Source of the DNA: Mobula hypostoma
Taxonomy: Eukaryota
Direction: 5' to 3'
Assembly (NCBI RefSeq): GCF_963921235.1
Contig: NC_086097.1
Span: 175,586,001 to 175,650,000, forward strand
Length of the DNA stretch: 64,000 bases
A model generated the notes under the pieces. The model ran no database searches. It had not been told where the DNA came from and saw only the letters and a list, made by a program, of their open reading frames with translations. The stretch's first letter is position 1. Each line of letters begins with the position of its first letter. This document shows, piece after piece, positions 1 to 12,232 of this stretch. A program made the translations under genes and the position numbers.

Positions 1-1730
1 TGACCTGCTAGTTTATATTTCAGATCCTAGGAAATCTATTCCTTCTATGTTATCTATATTTTGTGAATTCAGTAGTTTCTCTGGGTATAAATTAAATTTA
101 CATAAAAGTGAGTTATTTCCTATTAATAATTACTCGGATCCAAATCATCAAGTACCTTTTAGTATTGCTAAATATTACTTTACCTATCTTGGTATTAAAA
201 TTACCAAAAATTTTAAGGATCTTTATAAATATAATTTTTTTTCATTAATTGATTACACCAAACAAATGCTTTCTAAATGGTCGCCTAGTACATTATCATT
301 ACTAGGTCAAATTAATGCTATTAAAATGATCGTCTTACTGAAACTTTTTTTAATATTTTTTTTAATTTATATTTCAGGCAGTTCCTTCCTTTGTTCCTAA
401 AAAGTTCTTTGACAGAACAGATTCTATAATCTTATCATATATTTGGAACAATAAAAATCCTAGATTGAATAAACTCTTATTGCAGAAATTAAAAAAGGAT
501 GGTGGTATGGCTTCGCCAAATTTTAGAATGGGCAATTAATATTCGATATTTTACTTTTTGGATTCACTATTCAGATATACATGAATGTCCTTCATGGTTG
601 GATCTAGAGGTAAACTCGGTGAAAGGTTTCTCTTTGGCCTCTTTACTGGGAGCTCCTCTTCCCTTTTGATTTTGGAAGATTAGTAGACAAGATTTTAAAC
701 CCATTATTAAACATACGTTAAGAATTTGGTTTCAGTTTCGTAGATCTTTTGAGCTAAATAATTTTACTCTTTCTAGTAATATCCATCTGAATTTTTTTTT
801 AAACCATCAATTTTGGATAAGGCCTTTTTAATTTGGAAAACCAAGGGAATAATAACTTTTTCAGATTTGTTTTTGTGGGACTGTTTAATGTCTTTTTCTC
901 AGTTAGTGGATAAATATGATTTATCTAATGTACACTTTTTTAGATATTTACAAATTAGCAATTTTTTACGTGGTTTGTTGCCAAATTACCCCTCTGCTTA
1001 TCCACCTAATATGACAGATGCTCTCTTTCAGTTTAAACCATTTCCAAAAGGGTTGGTAGCTATAATCTATAAAGGGTTATTGAACTTACGAATGATAGCT
1101 AATGATAAAATTAAACGTGCTTGGGAATTGGAATTTCAGGAGTCATTTTCAGATAATCAATGGAGTAAAATTTTTCACTTGGTTAATAACTCCTCTATTT
1201 GTGCCCGCCACTCCTTGATACAGTTCAAGGTAGTGCATCGGGCCCATAGGTCAAAGGATAAACTAGCGCGTATTTTTTCCAATATCAATCCTATTTGTGA
1301 CATGTAATATTGAGGTGGCCACTTTAACTCACATGTATTGGTCTTGTATAAAGCTAGATAACTTTTGGAGAGATGTTTTTAAAACGTTATCGAAAGTCTT
1401 GGATCTGGATCTACAACCTAATTTGCTTACGGCAATTTTTGGGATTATCCCATCGGAAGCTGGAATCATTCCTGTTTCTGCTCAACGTATGATAGCCTTT
1501 TCGACTTTATTGGCTAGGAGAGCCATTTTATTGAAGTGGAAGGATTCTAATCCACCTACGGTCTTTTATTGTCTTTCCTCCATTGTGTTCTGTTTAAGTT
1601 TAGAGAAAATAAGAAGTTGGACATTTGATACATCCTTTAAATTTGAGCAAATCTGGCGACCTTTTATTCAGTATTTGCATTTAATTTGATTTATTACACT
1701 TCCAATTTTTTCTTGAAGTTTTTGATTTGA
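1..1730 (+). mobile_element. Decayed L1/Tx1-clade LINE, 3' half of ORF2 (RT C-terminus to cysteine-rich domain)
   Basis: Starts at DLLVYISD (end of YADD motif); FSGYKLNLHKSEL; C-terminal CxxC...HMYWSC. Broken into several ORFs and clearly homologous to the element at 37197-41470. Confidence 0.9.
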
Positions 1731-1915
1731 AGGTTAGATCAATGCAGAACTCTTCAACTCCCAGTAAAATTTGCCACTGTTGCAAATTAAGAAGCAAAGG
1801 ATAAAACTGATAACCTAAGGATGGGATCACGGAGTGAAGATCTATTTGAATATTACTGAAATTGTAATAATTTAAAATATTAGTAACTAAAGAAATCAAC
1901 CTTTTCCTATTTTAG

Positions 1916-2024
1916 AATGTGAGCCAGTTCTTACCAGAAGGACCATTACCCCAACTTCCCTTGCCCTACATTAAGAGCTCAGCAACACGGGTCTTTTTTG
2001 GACACGACAGGCGCCCTTCAGAAG
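1916..2024 (+). CDS. TRAPPC8: TRAPPC8 coding exon (window exon 1, 109 nt)
   Basis: tttag|AATGTG...TCAGAAG|gttggt; NVSQFLPEGPLPQLPLPYIKSSATRVFFGHDRRPSE(G); phase 0 to 1. Confidence 0.93.
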
Positions 2025-2654
2025 GTTGGTTGTTTGTTTTTTCTTCGCTGATTATATTTAAAAAGAGCATTCTAGCAGAGTTTTAGTTTACATGGTTGGA
2101 TGTGGGCAATGAAGGTATTTTTGCCCATCTGTTGCCTTAAGTTTATAACTGCACAGCTAACCACCATATCGAAAGAGTCGTTGCAACTGGAGTAAGATTG
2201 GCAGTATGTAAGCCAGGCTGAGGAAGAAGAGATGGGTTCCTTCTCTGAAAGAAGTGTACCAGTCAGGCTTTTTAAGACAATTTAACGATTATGAAGATTT
2301 TCATTTGAAAATTTTCAAATTGCTGTTCTACCTGTTTAATGTATTAAATCACCAGGTCTTTGCAATTTTTGGGTAGTAAGCTTAACAGTGAGAGTATGTA
2401 AGATTTTGAATGTAATTTCATTTTTGTGTAGAGCAGATATTGCTCAATTTGTGCTTAAAATCAATTCATCTGGCTGGGTTTAACATGTCTGTTCATGAAG
2501 TGGCTATTAATGTGAAATCCAGATTGATTTTTTTACTTTGTAGATCTTTTGCATGTATTCTGCTTAAATCTTCCAAAACTATTAGATTTAAGTATCAAGT
2601 CTTATTAAGTCACAAGGATAGATAAAGTGAAAGACCAGACATTATTTCAATGAT

Positions 2655-3870
2655 GTGAAAATCTGCAGATGCTGGAAATCCAAGCTGCACACAAATGCTG
2701 GAGGAACTCACCAGGCCAGACGGCATCTATGGAAAAATGTAAACAGTCAACATTTTGGGCTTATGACCCTTCATCAGGACTGGGGGGAAAAGATGAGAAG
2801 TTAGAGCAAGAGGTGGGGGGGGGGAGGAAGATGGTAGGTAATGGGTGAAACTGTGAGAGGGGTAAAGTGACAGCGGGGAAGCTGATGGGTGAAAGAGATA
2901 AAGGGCAGGAGAAGGGGGATTCTGAAAGGTGAGGACAGAGGCCCATGGAAGAAAAGGGAGAGGAGCACCAGAGGGAGGTGATGGGCAGGTGAGGAGATAA
3001 GGTGAGAGGGAAATGGGAATGGGGAATGGTGAAGGGGACAATGGTGGGCGGTGGGCAATTTCAGGAAGTTTGAGAAATCTATGTTCATGCCATCAAGTTT
3101 GAGGCTACCCTCATGGAATATAAGGTATTGCACCTCCAACCCGAGTGTGGCCTCATTGCGGCAGTAGGGGCAGCCATGGACTGACATGTCAGAATGGGAA
3201 GTAGAATTGAAGTGGGTGGCCAACGGAAGATCGCACCTTTTCTGGTGGATGGAGCGTAGGTGCTTGGCAAAACGATTTCCAAATCTATGTTGGGTCTCGC
3301 CAATATACAGGAGGCCATACTGGGAGTACCGGATACTGTAGATGACTCCAACAGACTCTGGTGAAGTGTTGCCTCACCTGTAAAGACTGTTTGGGGCTCT
3401 GAATGATAGGGAGGAGGTGTAGGGACACGTGTGGCACTTGTTCCACTTGCAAGGATAAGTACCATGAGGGAGATCAGTGGGGAGTGATGAAAAGACAAGG
3501 GAGTTGCGTGAGAAGTGATTCCTGTGGAAAGTGGGAGGGGGGAGGGAAATGTATGCTTGGTGGTGGGATCCCTTTGTTAATGGCAGAAGTTGCAGAGAAT
3601 TATGTGCTGGATGCGGAGGCTACTGGGGCGGTAGATCAGGACAAGAGGAACCCTATCTCTGGTGGGCTGGTGGGAGGATGAGGTGAGGGCAGAGTTGATG
3701 ATGAAGGAAGGGAAGTCCCTTTCTTTGAAGAAGAACATCTCATTAGTTCTGGAATGAAAAGACTCATCCTGAGAGTAGATGCGGTGAAGATGAAGAAACT
3801 TAGAGAAGGGAATGATATTTTTGCGAGTGACAGGGTGGGAAGAGGTATAGTCCAGATAGCTGTGAGAATC
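2655..3870 (-). mobile_element. Penelope-like retroelement 3' part (RT thumb/linker, GIY-YIG endonuclease, 3'UTR with degenerate hammerhead module)
   Basis: SHSYLDYTSSHP...IPFSKF (PLE RT C-terminus); ATHFNSTSHSDMSVHG...LDGMNIDFSNF (GIY-YIG C-terminus); pyrimidine-rich UTR, then CAGTC-CTGATGAAGGGTC...GCCCAAAATGTT-GACTG on the minus strand. Confidence 0.8.
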
Positions 3871-3899
3871 GTTTTTTTCTTTTCTGTGCAGATTCAGCA

Positions 3900-4730
3900 T
3901 TTTGGCTAATACTGTAGAAGTACGCAGCTAATTTTGCCCCAATATTCAAAAGGAAAAGTGGGGATAGGCTAGATGGTAACTAGGGAGTGAATAGGTCTAT
4001 TGAGAGACAATGTATTCATTTGAATGTAGGCCTGGGATAAGGACAATGTTTTAAATGCCTCACCTATATTTGCCATGGAGAAAGTTATAGAAACTACAGA
4101 ACTCAGGGAGCAGATGTCCAGAAACAGATTTGCATTACAAAAGAGGTGATTTTGAGATGCATAAAGATGAATAAATCACTGAAACCTGACCAACTGTACC
4201 CCAAGATTGTGAGAAGCAAAGGAAGAAATTGCTGGGGCCCTGACAGATGTTTGTATTTTCCTTAACCGGGGTGAAGTACTGGAGGACCAGAGGATGTATT
4301 ATGTTGTACCTTTATTTAAGAAAGTCATGAAGGACAAGCCAGGATCTGCAGGCAAAAGAATCTAGTATGGGGAGTGCTGTACTTCTCTCTATGAAAATGG
4401 TGATACAGGTAGATAAGGTGGTGAAGAAGGCGTATGATACACTTGCCTTCATTGGATGTCCTAAATCTTGAGTACAAAAGCTGGAATGTTATGTTACAGC
4501 TGTGCAAGTTGTTGGTGACAACACACTTCAGAATATTGTGACATGTTTTCCATACAGGGTTATGGATATGTGGATTGAGCTGTCAAAAGAATTAGTAGAG
4601 GCAGGCATATGGACTGGTTCATGGGCAGGAAAGGTGAAGAAGTTTTTGAGGCATACACAGGCAAATGAGACTAGCTCAAATAGGCATCATGGTCAGTGTG
4701 GATGACTTGGGCCGACAAGTCTATTTAACT
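3900..4730 (+). mobile_element. Highly decayed CR1-like LINE fragments
   Basis: Recognisable remnants of CR1 ORF2 (KSP-PD-L-PR, VVPLFKK) and 3'UTR, similar to the intact CR1 copies in the window. Confidence 0.6.
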
Positions 4731-4776
4731 TGAAACAGGTGCTGATAATATAACATTCTGTTTCCCTTCCCGTTAG

Positions 4777-4971
4777 GAGAAAAACAAGCAGCCACCCATG
4801 TCAGCTTGGATCAGGAATATGAACGTGAGGCTTCCCAGCAATGGAAAGAGCTTGAGGAACGGGTTGTAACTGTGGTGAACAAAGGAACAATCCCTCAGAA
4901 TTTTCAGCACACTCAGTATTGTCTCAACAGCCAGACTGACAACTTGCGCCTTCCCATGGCCGTGGTAGAAG
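4777..4971 (+). CDS. TRAPPC8: TRAPPC8 coding exon (window exon 2, 195 nt)
   Basis: cgttag|GAGAAAAA...GTAGAAG|gtaagt; EKQAATHVSLDQEYEREASQQWKELEE...LPMAVVE; phase 1 to 1. Confidence 0.95.
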
Positions 4972-5408
4972 GTAAGTCAGTTCACATAATTAGTCCTCGA
5001 AGGAAACTGTTGGTGTACTGACTGTAAAGCTCTTAGCCAATTAATGTAAGCTTTAAATTATTAATCTCTGATTTGCTGCTTACTACTTGTGTCTCAATCA
5101 ATATTTGTTTTGACTTAATTTTTTATAGTTGTGCTCAAATTGACAATAGTATTTCCTGTATTATCTCCAATTATGCCTCCTTCATCACCTTATCTACCTA
5201 TATGCTACCTTTGGGTTAAGGTTTTATACTTTTATTGCTTCCTGAAATCACTGTAATTACTACTTTTGTTTAACATTATTTAAAATTTATTATTTCCCTT
5301 TAAAATACCCTGTTTTCTGCATCCTGCCAAAGTGATTTTGGAGGTTAGTCCAGTGTGACACGCTGTAGTGTTTTGTCATTCTTACTATCTTTCTGTTATT
5401 GTTTCTAG

Positions 5409-5569
5409 AACCAGTTACAGTTGAAGTAGTGTTCAAAAATCCTTTGAAGGTCCCTCTGTTGTTGAGTGATCTGTCGTTGTTGTGGAAATTTAACTTTAGA
5501 GACTTTACTAAAGATTCAGAAGAAGATGCAAGAGAGTCGATCAGCAACGAGAAAGACTTACATCTAAAG
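5409..5569 (+). CDS. TRAPPC8: TRAPPC8 coding exon (window exon 3, 161 nt)
   Basis: ttctag|AACCAGTT...CTAAAG|gtaatg; PVTVEVVFKNPLKVPLLLSDLSLLWKF...KDLHLK; phase 1 to 0. Confidence 0.92.
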
Positions 5570-6219
5570 GTAATGATATGTTTTTGGAATAATTGTTTTT
5601 GAGCTAACTGATACAATATTCTGTAACTATTGGACTAGCTTGAAAACTTCCGATTTTCATTGCCAATTTTCAATGGCTACTCCACTCTTTAATTGTTTAA
5701 TTCATTGTCTACATACCAAAGTAACAGGTTTAATGTGTTTCAGCCCATTTATTTTATCTCTTTTGTCACAGCTTGAACTGCCAAAGTTCCCTTTTACTCT
5801 ATGGAAATAGCTTCTGCACATTCTTCACTCTGTAGAATTTGGAGATGCCCATCCTTAATGTTTCCTTTGGTATTAGGTTGTTTTTCCACTCCTGTTGACA
5901 TGGTTTAATGACATAAGAAAAATTATAAATATGAACAAATCTGCTATAAATCCAGGAAGTGCTCAAAATTCAGCAGGTCTGGCAGGATCTGTAGAAGGGA
6001 AACATTTTGGGTCTAGGATCGGTAGCAACTAAGCCAGAACAAAAATAACCAAATGCAAGTCACCACAGATACTCTAAACTTCACTCATGCAACCCAAACT
6101 CAGCCATTCAGAAATGGCTTCTTCCCCCTCATTATATTTTGCACTATTTTTGTAATTTACAGCAATTTTAATTTTTGCAATGTACTGCTAGCACAAAATG
6201 ACACATTTTATGGTATATA

Positions 6220-6741
6220 CACTCAGTGGCCACTTTATTAGATACACCTAATTACACCTTTAGGTATGTCTATTCAGCCAATCATGTGGCAGCATCTCAA
6301 TACATAAAAGCATACAGAGGTTCAGTTGTTGTTCAGCCCAAGCATCAAAATAGGAAAAAATTTGCTTTGAGGTACTTACACTGTAGAATGTTTGTTGGTG
6401 CCAGATAGATCTTTCGAGTATCTCAGAAACTGCTGATCTCCTGGGAATTTCACATGCAAATCTCTGGAGTTTACAGAGAATGGTCTGAAAAACAACAAAA
6501 AAAAATCCTGTGAGTAGCAGTTCTGTGGTGCGGGAGAGAGAGAGAGGAGGAATACCTTGTTAATGATAGAGGTCAGAGGAGAATGGCCAGACTGGTTTAA
6601 GCTGGTAGAAAGGCAACTAACTCAAATAATCACGTGTTACAACAGTGGTGTGCAAAAGAGCGCACACCACGTCGAATCATATAGTAGATGGCCAACGCAG
6701 CAGAAAACCATGAGTGTACCTAATAAAGTGACCTCTGTGTG
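6220..6741. mobile_element. Non-autonomous Tc1/mariner element with 28-bp TIRs and TA duplication
   Basis: TA|CACTCAGTGGCCACTTTATTAGATACAC ... GTGTACCTAATAAAGTGACCTCTGTGTG|TA (24/28 inverted match). Confidence 0.8.
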
Positions 6742-7015
6742 TACATTAGTGATGACAAATCTGATTCTGACCTGAAATATGGTTAGTATTAAAAATGCTG
6801 AACTGTTCTGATCAAAGGGCATTGACTTGAAACATTTCTCACTACAGTTAGTGCTTGACCTGCTAGGTAGCTCCAGCTATTGAATACAAGAAATGGAAAG
6901 TAGTTTTGCATAGAGCTAACTCTTCATAACTGTATAAATCAACTAATTCACTCTTTGGAGGATTAGTTGGAAAATAACATACCATTTAAACAAAATGTGG
7001 TTTTCATGATTTCAG

Positions 7016-7081
7016 GCATCTCAGAGTATTGTCACGGAAGTAATAAATGAATTTCAAATAAGTGGTGAAGAAACCAAAGTG
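7016..7081 (+). CDS. TRAPPC8: TRAPPC8 coding exon (window exon 4, 66 nt)
   Basis: ttcag|GCATCT...AAAGTG|gtgagt; ASQSIVTEVINEFQISGEETKV; phase 0 to 0. Confidence 0.9.
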
Positions 7082-7254
7082 GTGAGTATTTATACTTTCT
7101 CTGCAATAAATTTATCCTGGCAAAAATAATCCCCCTTCTTTTTCCTCCTTTTCCTTTGGAGACAGCTCCATCAAGGGAAGAGAATACATAATGAAACCCA
7201 TGTCTTGATCACACTCACACACAAGTTGATTGTGGAATATCTGCTGCTGTTAAG

Positions 7255-7520
7255 GGAACAATGGTGGTTCAGCAATTAAATGACTCGATCACTAACCTAG
7301 AGACCCGGGCTATAACACTCCAGAGGCTTGAGATTGAATCTCACAATGGCAGCTGTGGACTCTGATTCCATACTCTTTTATTCAAAATATTTATGAGTAA
7401 TCTTTGGTGGTTGTAAAACTGAAACAGTGCTCTTCTAGAAAAAAATACCATCCTTGACCACCCATATGGTTGATTCCACAGTACCCTCTGAAATGGCCCA
7501 GGATGCCTACATCCCAAAAA
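7255..7520 (+). mobile_element. Old degraded tRNA-derived SINE remnant
   Basis: Degenerate A/B-box-like head and a body resembling recalled elasmobranch SINEs; strongly diverged. Confidence 0.35.
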
Positions 7521-7814
7521 TTGAATTGGGGTGGGGGGGGGGCATGGAAGAAATAGGCTGAGATTGGCTCACTCAACATAAGCCAGGAAGAGAATCTGAG
7601 CTTGATGCTGGAGTTACTAGTCACAGTTACATAATATTCAATTCATCACCTTCACATATTTCGGGTATCTGTACAGAACTGGATTTCAGAATGATCAAGT
7701 CATGTTTATTTTTGTATGCACAAGTCAATGAAAAACTTGTCTGGATCAGCATTACAGGCACGTGGCATCAGAGACGGCCTTAATAAGAAAAGTATAGGTT
7801 AGACGTAAAGATGA

Positions 7815-8830
7815 TAAGACACAGGAACTGAATTAGGCTATTCAGCCTATTGAGTCTGCTCTGTCATTCTGTCAAGGCTGATCTATTATCCTTCTCAAGC
7901 CCATTCTCCTGCTTTTTCCCCATAACCTTTGATTAATCAAGAATTTAGCAAACTCCACTTTTGTAATTTGTCCTCGACAATTCCACGATTCACTACCCTC
8001 TGGCTAAAGAAATTCCACCTTATCTCTGTTCTAAATGGAAGTTCCTCTATTCTGAGGCTGTGCTGTCTGGTCCTAGATTCCCTCACTATAGGAAACATCC
8101 TCTCCACATCCGTTCTATCTAGGCCTTTCAATTTTCGATAGGTTTTAATGAGATTCCCCCCTCATTCTTAGGTCTTATGGAAAGCAGGGGAGTGGGGATG
8201 ACTGGAAAAATTGGATCAGCCCATGATTGGTGGAACAGACTCGATGGGCTGAATAGCCTACTTTTGCTCCTGTATCTTGTGGTCTTGTGGAGTACAAGCC
8301 CAGAGCTATCAAACGGTCCTTGTGTGTTAACCCCTTTATTCCCTGGATCTTTCTCGTGAACCTCCTCTGGACCATCTTTGCTTGGGGAAGGGACCCAAAA
8401 CTGCTCAGTACTCCAAGTTTATAATGCCTTATAGAGCCTCAACATTACATCTTTTATATTCTAATCCTTTCCAAAATGATTGTTAACATTGTCTTTGCCT
8501 TCCTTACCACAGACTGCACCTGCAAGTTAACCTTAGCGAATCCTGCTCGAGGACTCCCACATCCCTTTGTGCCTTGGATTTCTGAATTTTTCTCCCCGTT
8601 TAGAAAATAGTATACACCTTTATTTGATCTACCAAAGTGCATGACCATATACTTCCCTACACTGTATTCTTTCTGCCACTTCTTTGCCCATTACCCTAAT
8701 CTAAGTCCTGCAGATTCCCTGCTTCCTCATACCTCCTGCCCCTCCATCTGTCTTCATATTGTCCGCAAACTTGGCCACAAAGCAATCAATTCCATCATTC
8801 AAGTAACATAATCATTGACATATAAAGCAT
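7815..8830 (-). mobile_element. CR1 LINE 3' portion, decayed, with a small oppositely oriented CR1-tail insert (about 8170-8290)
   Basis: ORF remnants MKGLDRTDVERMFP...RWNFFSQRVVN, VQRRFTR, VMHFGRSN. Confidence 0.8.
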
Positions 8831-9084
8831 ATGAGAGGACACAATTAGAGCTGAAGAAACAGTCCATTGTACTTGGAGGTCAGCCTGTTGCTTGACAGTT
8901 AGTGATGAGAGTTGTGCTGGTTAGTTCAAGAAACAAGTGATTGAAGGCAAGTCGTTCTTGAACCTGATGGTGTGGAACTTCGAGTTACTGTACCTCCTGT
9001 CTAATGGTAGCTGTAAGATGACAGCATAGTTGGTAGAGTTCTTTGGTAGATTTTGCTGTCTTGAGGCAGTGCCTCATGTACATA

Positions 9085-9486
9085 CAGCACCATGCCAATA
9101 TTTAGGCATCATAGATCTTTTATATGGGTTTAGATGGTCTGGCCTCCACAAAACTGTGATCTCAACATCATTGAGGCAGTTTTGGACTACCTGAAGAGAC
9201 AGAAGCAAGTGATGGTTAAAGTCTTCAGAAGAACTGTGGCAAGTTCTCCAAGATGCTTGAAACAACCTACTAGCCAATTTTCTGATAAAACTGCACAACA
9301 GAGAAATTGTACCTAAGATAATTATTGCAGTTTTAAAGGCAAAGGGTGGTCACATCAAATATTGATTTGATTTAATGTTTTACTGTTTACTGCTCTTTAT
9401 AGTAAATATTGATATTTAGAAACTTTAATATTTTTGAAATCATTTTCGCATTACAGATTTTTTTACATGTGCCTAAGACAGTACTG
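9085..9486 (+). mobile_element. Internally deleted Tc1-like transposon inserted at TA in an older LINE remnant
   Basis: Transposase fragment VWPPQNCDLNIIEAVLDYLKR (WP-QSPDLNPIE motif); ends TA|CAGCAC...TTAGGCA and GTGCCTAAGAC...AGTACTG|TA. Confidence 0.7.
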
Positions 9487-9739
9487 TATGTGAAGGTGTG
9501 CCTGTGATGTATTGAGCTGAGTCCAATCATTTGGAGCCAAGATATATTTTGAATCCGTATTGGACAATGAAATGCAATTCACTGGTTAGGGTATTAACAA
9601 AATTCACTTTCAGATTAATAAATACTATTATTCATTGTTCAATATGAAATCAATTTAGTTTTGACTTGGTTCTGCCAGAGCTTCTGCACCATTACTTAAG
9701 GTTTGTGAAAATAGTGTTTGAAAGAAATGAGAGCTAGTT

Positions 9740-10300
9740 AGAAGTGCTCACACAAACATCATCAATACACAGCTCCATACTTCTATGAGAATCTCAGGAG
9801 TCCTAAAATCACAGCTGGCCAAAGGCTCCCAACAGAGCAGAATAACGCCCCCAGAGATCTGTAGAACAGTAGCTTCAGCAAAATTCTACAAGCATATCCA
9901 AAATATGCCCAACAGCTTTCCAGTTTGTAAGCTCATCAAAAGTGCTCCTCCATCTTCCTGACTCAAATCTCGAAAACATTTCTACAACTTGAAAAACCTC
10001 AACTCTTATGGACACACTGAATAGTGCTAATACTGGCACACCAACATGCCCCCACCCCGCTCCTCCCAGGCTTTGCTACAGCTATCAGACAAAACTGGGC
10101 AGCTGCAAATAGACTCAGAAGTCGACATGCTGAAACAGAGCAAACACTCCACCAATGGGGCACCCGGCAAACCCCAGCTTCTGAAGAGGAAAAAAAAGCA
10201 CCTGCCATATGAAACAACATCAAAAGAACACATTCAGATGGAGAGCATGTTTGAATTTTTTACTATGTGCTGTGTTATCATCACAGATGCAGCCCACTGA
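9740..10300 (+). mobile_element. Decayed non-LTR retrotransposon C-terminus (Ingi/Vingi-like)
   Basis: LPGF...W-A-NRLRSRH....LHQWG resembles the WxxLNRLRxGH...LHKWG region preceding the C-terminal zinc knuckle of I-group LINEs; assignment from memory. Confidence 0.45.
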
Positions 10301-10354
10301 GTTTGTGCTGTTAGCCTACATTAATCACATTTTGTTTTATTATTCCCACATTCT

Positions 10355-10590
10355 CATGATCTCCTTCCAAGTTATTCCCCTCACATGCACACTGGCTAAA
10401 TTTATAGTGGCCAATTAACCAGCCAGCCTCTGTGCCTTTGCAATGTGGGAAGAAACCAGAATACCTGGAGAAGACATGCACAGTCACAAGGAGAACATGC
10501 AAACTCCACACAGTACTGGAGATCATGTTTGGACTTGGGTCTCTGGCATTGTGAGGCTGGAGCTCCATTAGCTGCATCACTGTTGAGTGC
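10355..10590 (-). mobile_element. tRNA-derived V-SINE-like element (further copies at about 11225-11520 +, 29700-29895 +, 42180-42365 +)
   Basis: Minus strand reads GTGTGGAGTTTGCATGTTCTCCTTGTGACTG...GGTTTCTTCCCACA (V-domain-like), preceded by a degenerate tRNA head. Confidence 0.7.
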
Positions 10591-12102
10591 TGCACTTTGA
10601 GAGCAGATCTTGAAGGGCATATTCTCCATATTCTGTTACCTCATTTAACTAGATGACTAGTGATCAGGTGACTTCTGTGGTGCTCTTTGGCTCAGATGCA
10701 CTTTGAAATAATCTTGTGTGATGAAGTGTTTCCTGAGCTTTGTATCAACATCTATTACTCACACTATATTTAGTGGGTATTGCTGATACTAATTGAAGTC
10801 TCTGAAAATTATGGGTTTCAGTGATAATGTTTTGGCCACTTGCTTTAGATATGGGAATTACTTCCACTAGTGGGGTAATTCTGAGTCCACACTCTCCCAG
10901 TTCTTGTGATGCAAGTAGCTTTGGCACAATTATTTTGTTAACATGATTTTTCACAGAAGGCATAGTCATCAAGTTGCACAGAGCAATCAGTTGAATTACT
11001 TAAATGGTGTGATAACTTATAGGATGGTTTTTGGTTAGGAGGCTGACAAGTTTCCCTTTCCTCAGGGAACAATGCCACAGTGTCTTCTGATTGAACAGTG
11101 AAGCATCTGCAGTTTGTACTTCTGTTGTTCCTGAAAGTTACAAAAACACTCCAAGGAATTTTATGATTGTTATTGAATAGAATTTAATACTAAGTATCAT
11201 TAGATTATATTGGGATAAAAACATTACAGTGGCATACTGATAGAACCGCTGCTTCAAGGACCCAGGCCAATCCTGATTTCCGGTAATGTCTGTAAAGAGT
11301 TAGTACGTTCTCCCTGTGACTGTGTGTATTTCCTCTGGGTGCTGTGGTTTCCACCCACATCTCAATAGTATGCAGGTTGGCAGATTAATTGGCCAGTGTA
11401 AATTACCCTGAGTATGCAGGTGAATTGTAGAAACTGGTGAGACGTTATGGGAACGTGGGGAGAATAAGAAGGGATTAGTGTTGATGACAACTTGATGGTT
11501 GTTAAGGACTCAGATTGTAGAGCAGTTTCCATGGAGACTCGAGATTGCAGATGTTGGAATCTGGGGCAAGAGGAACTCCGGTCAGGCAGCATCTGTTGGG
11601 GGGTGCGGGGAATAGACCATTGTGAGTGAGACCCTTCATCTGGAGTGGTCCACATTATAATTTACCATTTTCTTTCTGGTGCAAATGAGTGGTGTCAACC
11701 TGAATCATCAGCTGTTTCCCTCCAAACATATGCCCAACCTGATCCCATGCTAAATCAGAAGTTAAATTTTAAGGAATATCATGGAGGAAAAGTTGGACAG
11801 CAGTCATTTACAAATGAGCAAGAGGCCACCTGTGGGGAACACACGTCTCCATGTCAGTTTTGGCCTCACTTTAAGACTGTACCATGCCACAATGCTGTAA
11901 TGTAATCTGCCTCAGTGAGAATGTCATTTCTAGGTGTTAGCTGTTAAATTGTAATGCATTATAAAATAATTGTGACTCTTGAATGCAAAAGAAAAATGCC
12001 TTTGAATCCATAAGTCTGAAATAAAATTATTGACAGTTGTGAAATTAGCAAATGTTGTAATCTAAATGATGCATTTTGAAGTAATTTCTGCCTTTTCTTT
12101 AG

Positions 12103-12232
12103 GCAAGATTAAAGCTACTTCCTTGCCAGACAGGAGAGCTGCACATTCTCGGAATCGTTTACAATCTCAGCACAGTGCTGCCAGCTGCTAAACAGGATGG
12201 AATAGACTCTGGTCCTGGAACGCAGGCGGCAG
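12103..12232 (+). CDS. TRAPPC8: TRAPPC8 coding exon (window exon 5, 130 nt)
   Basis: ctttag|GCAAGA...GCGGCAG|gtaaag; ARLKLLPCQTGELHILGIVYNLS...; phase 0 to 1. Confidence 0.93.
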
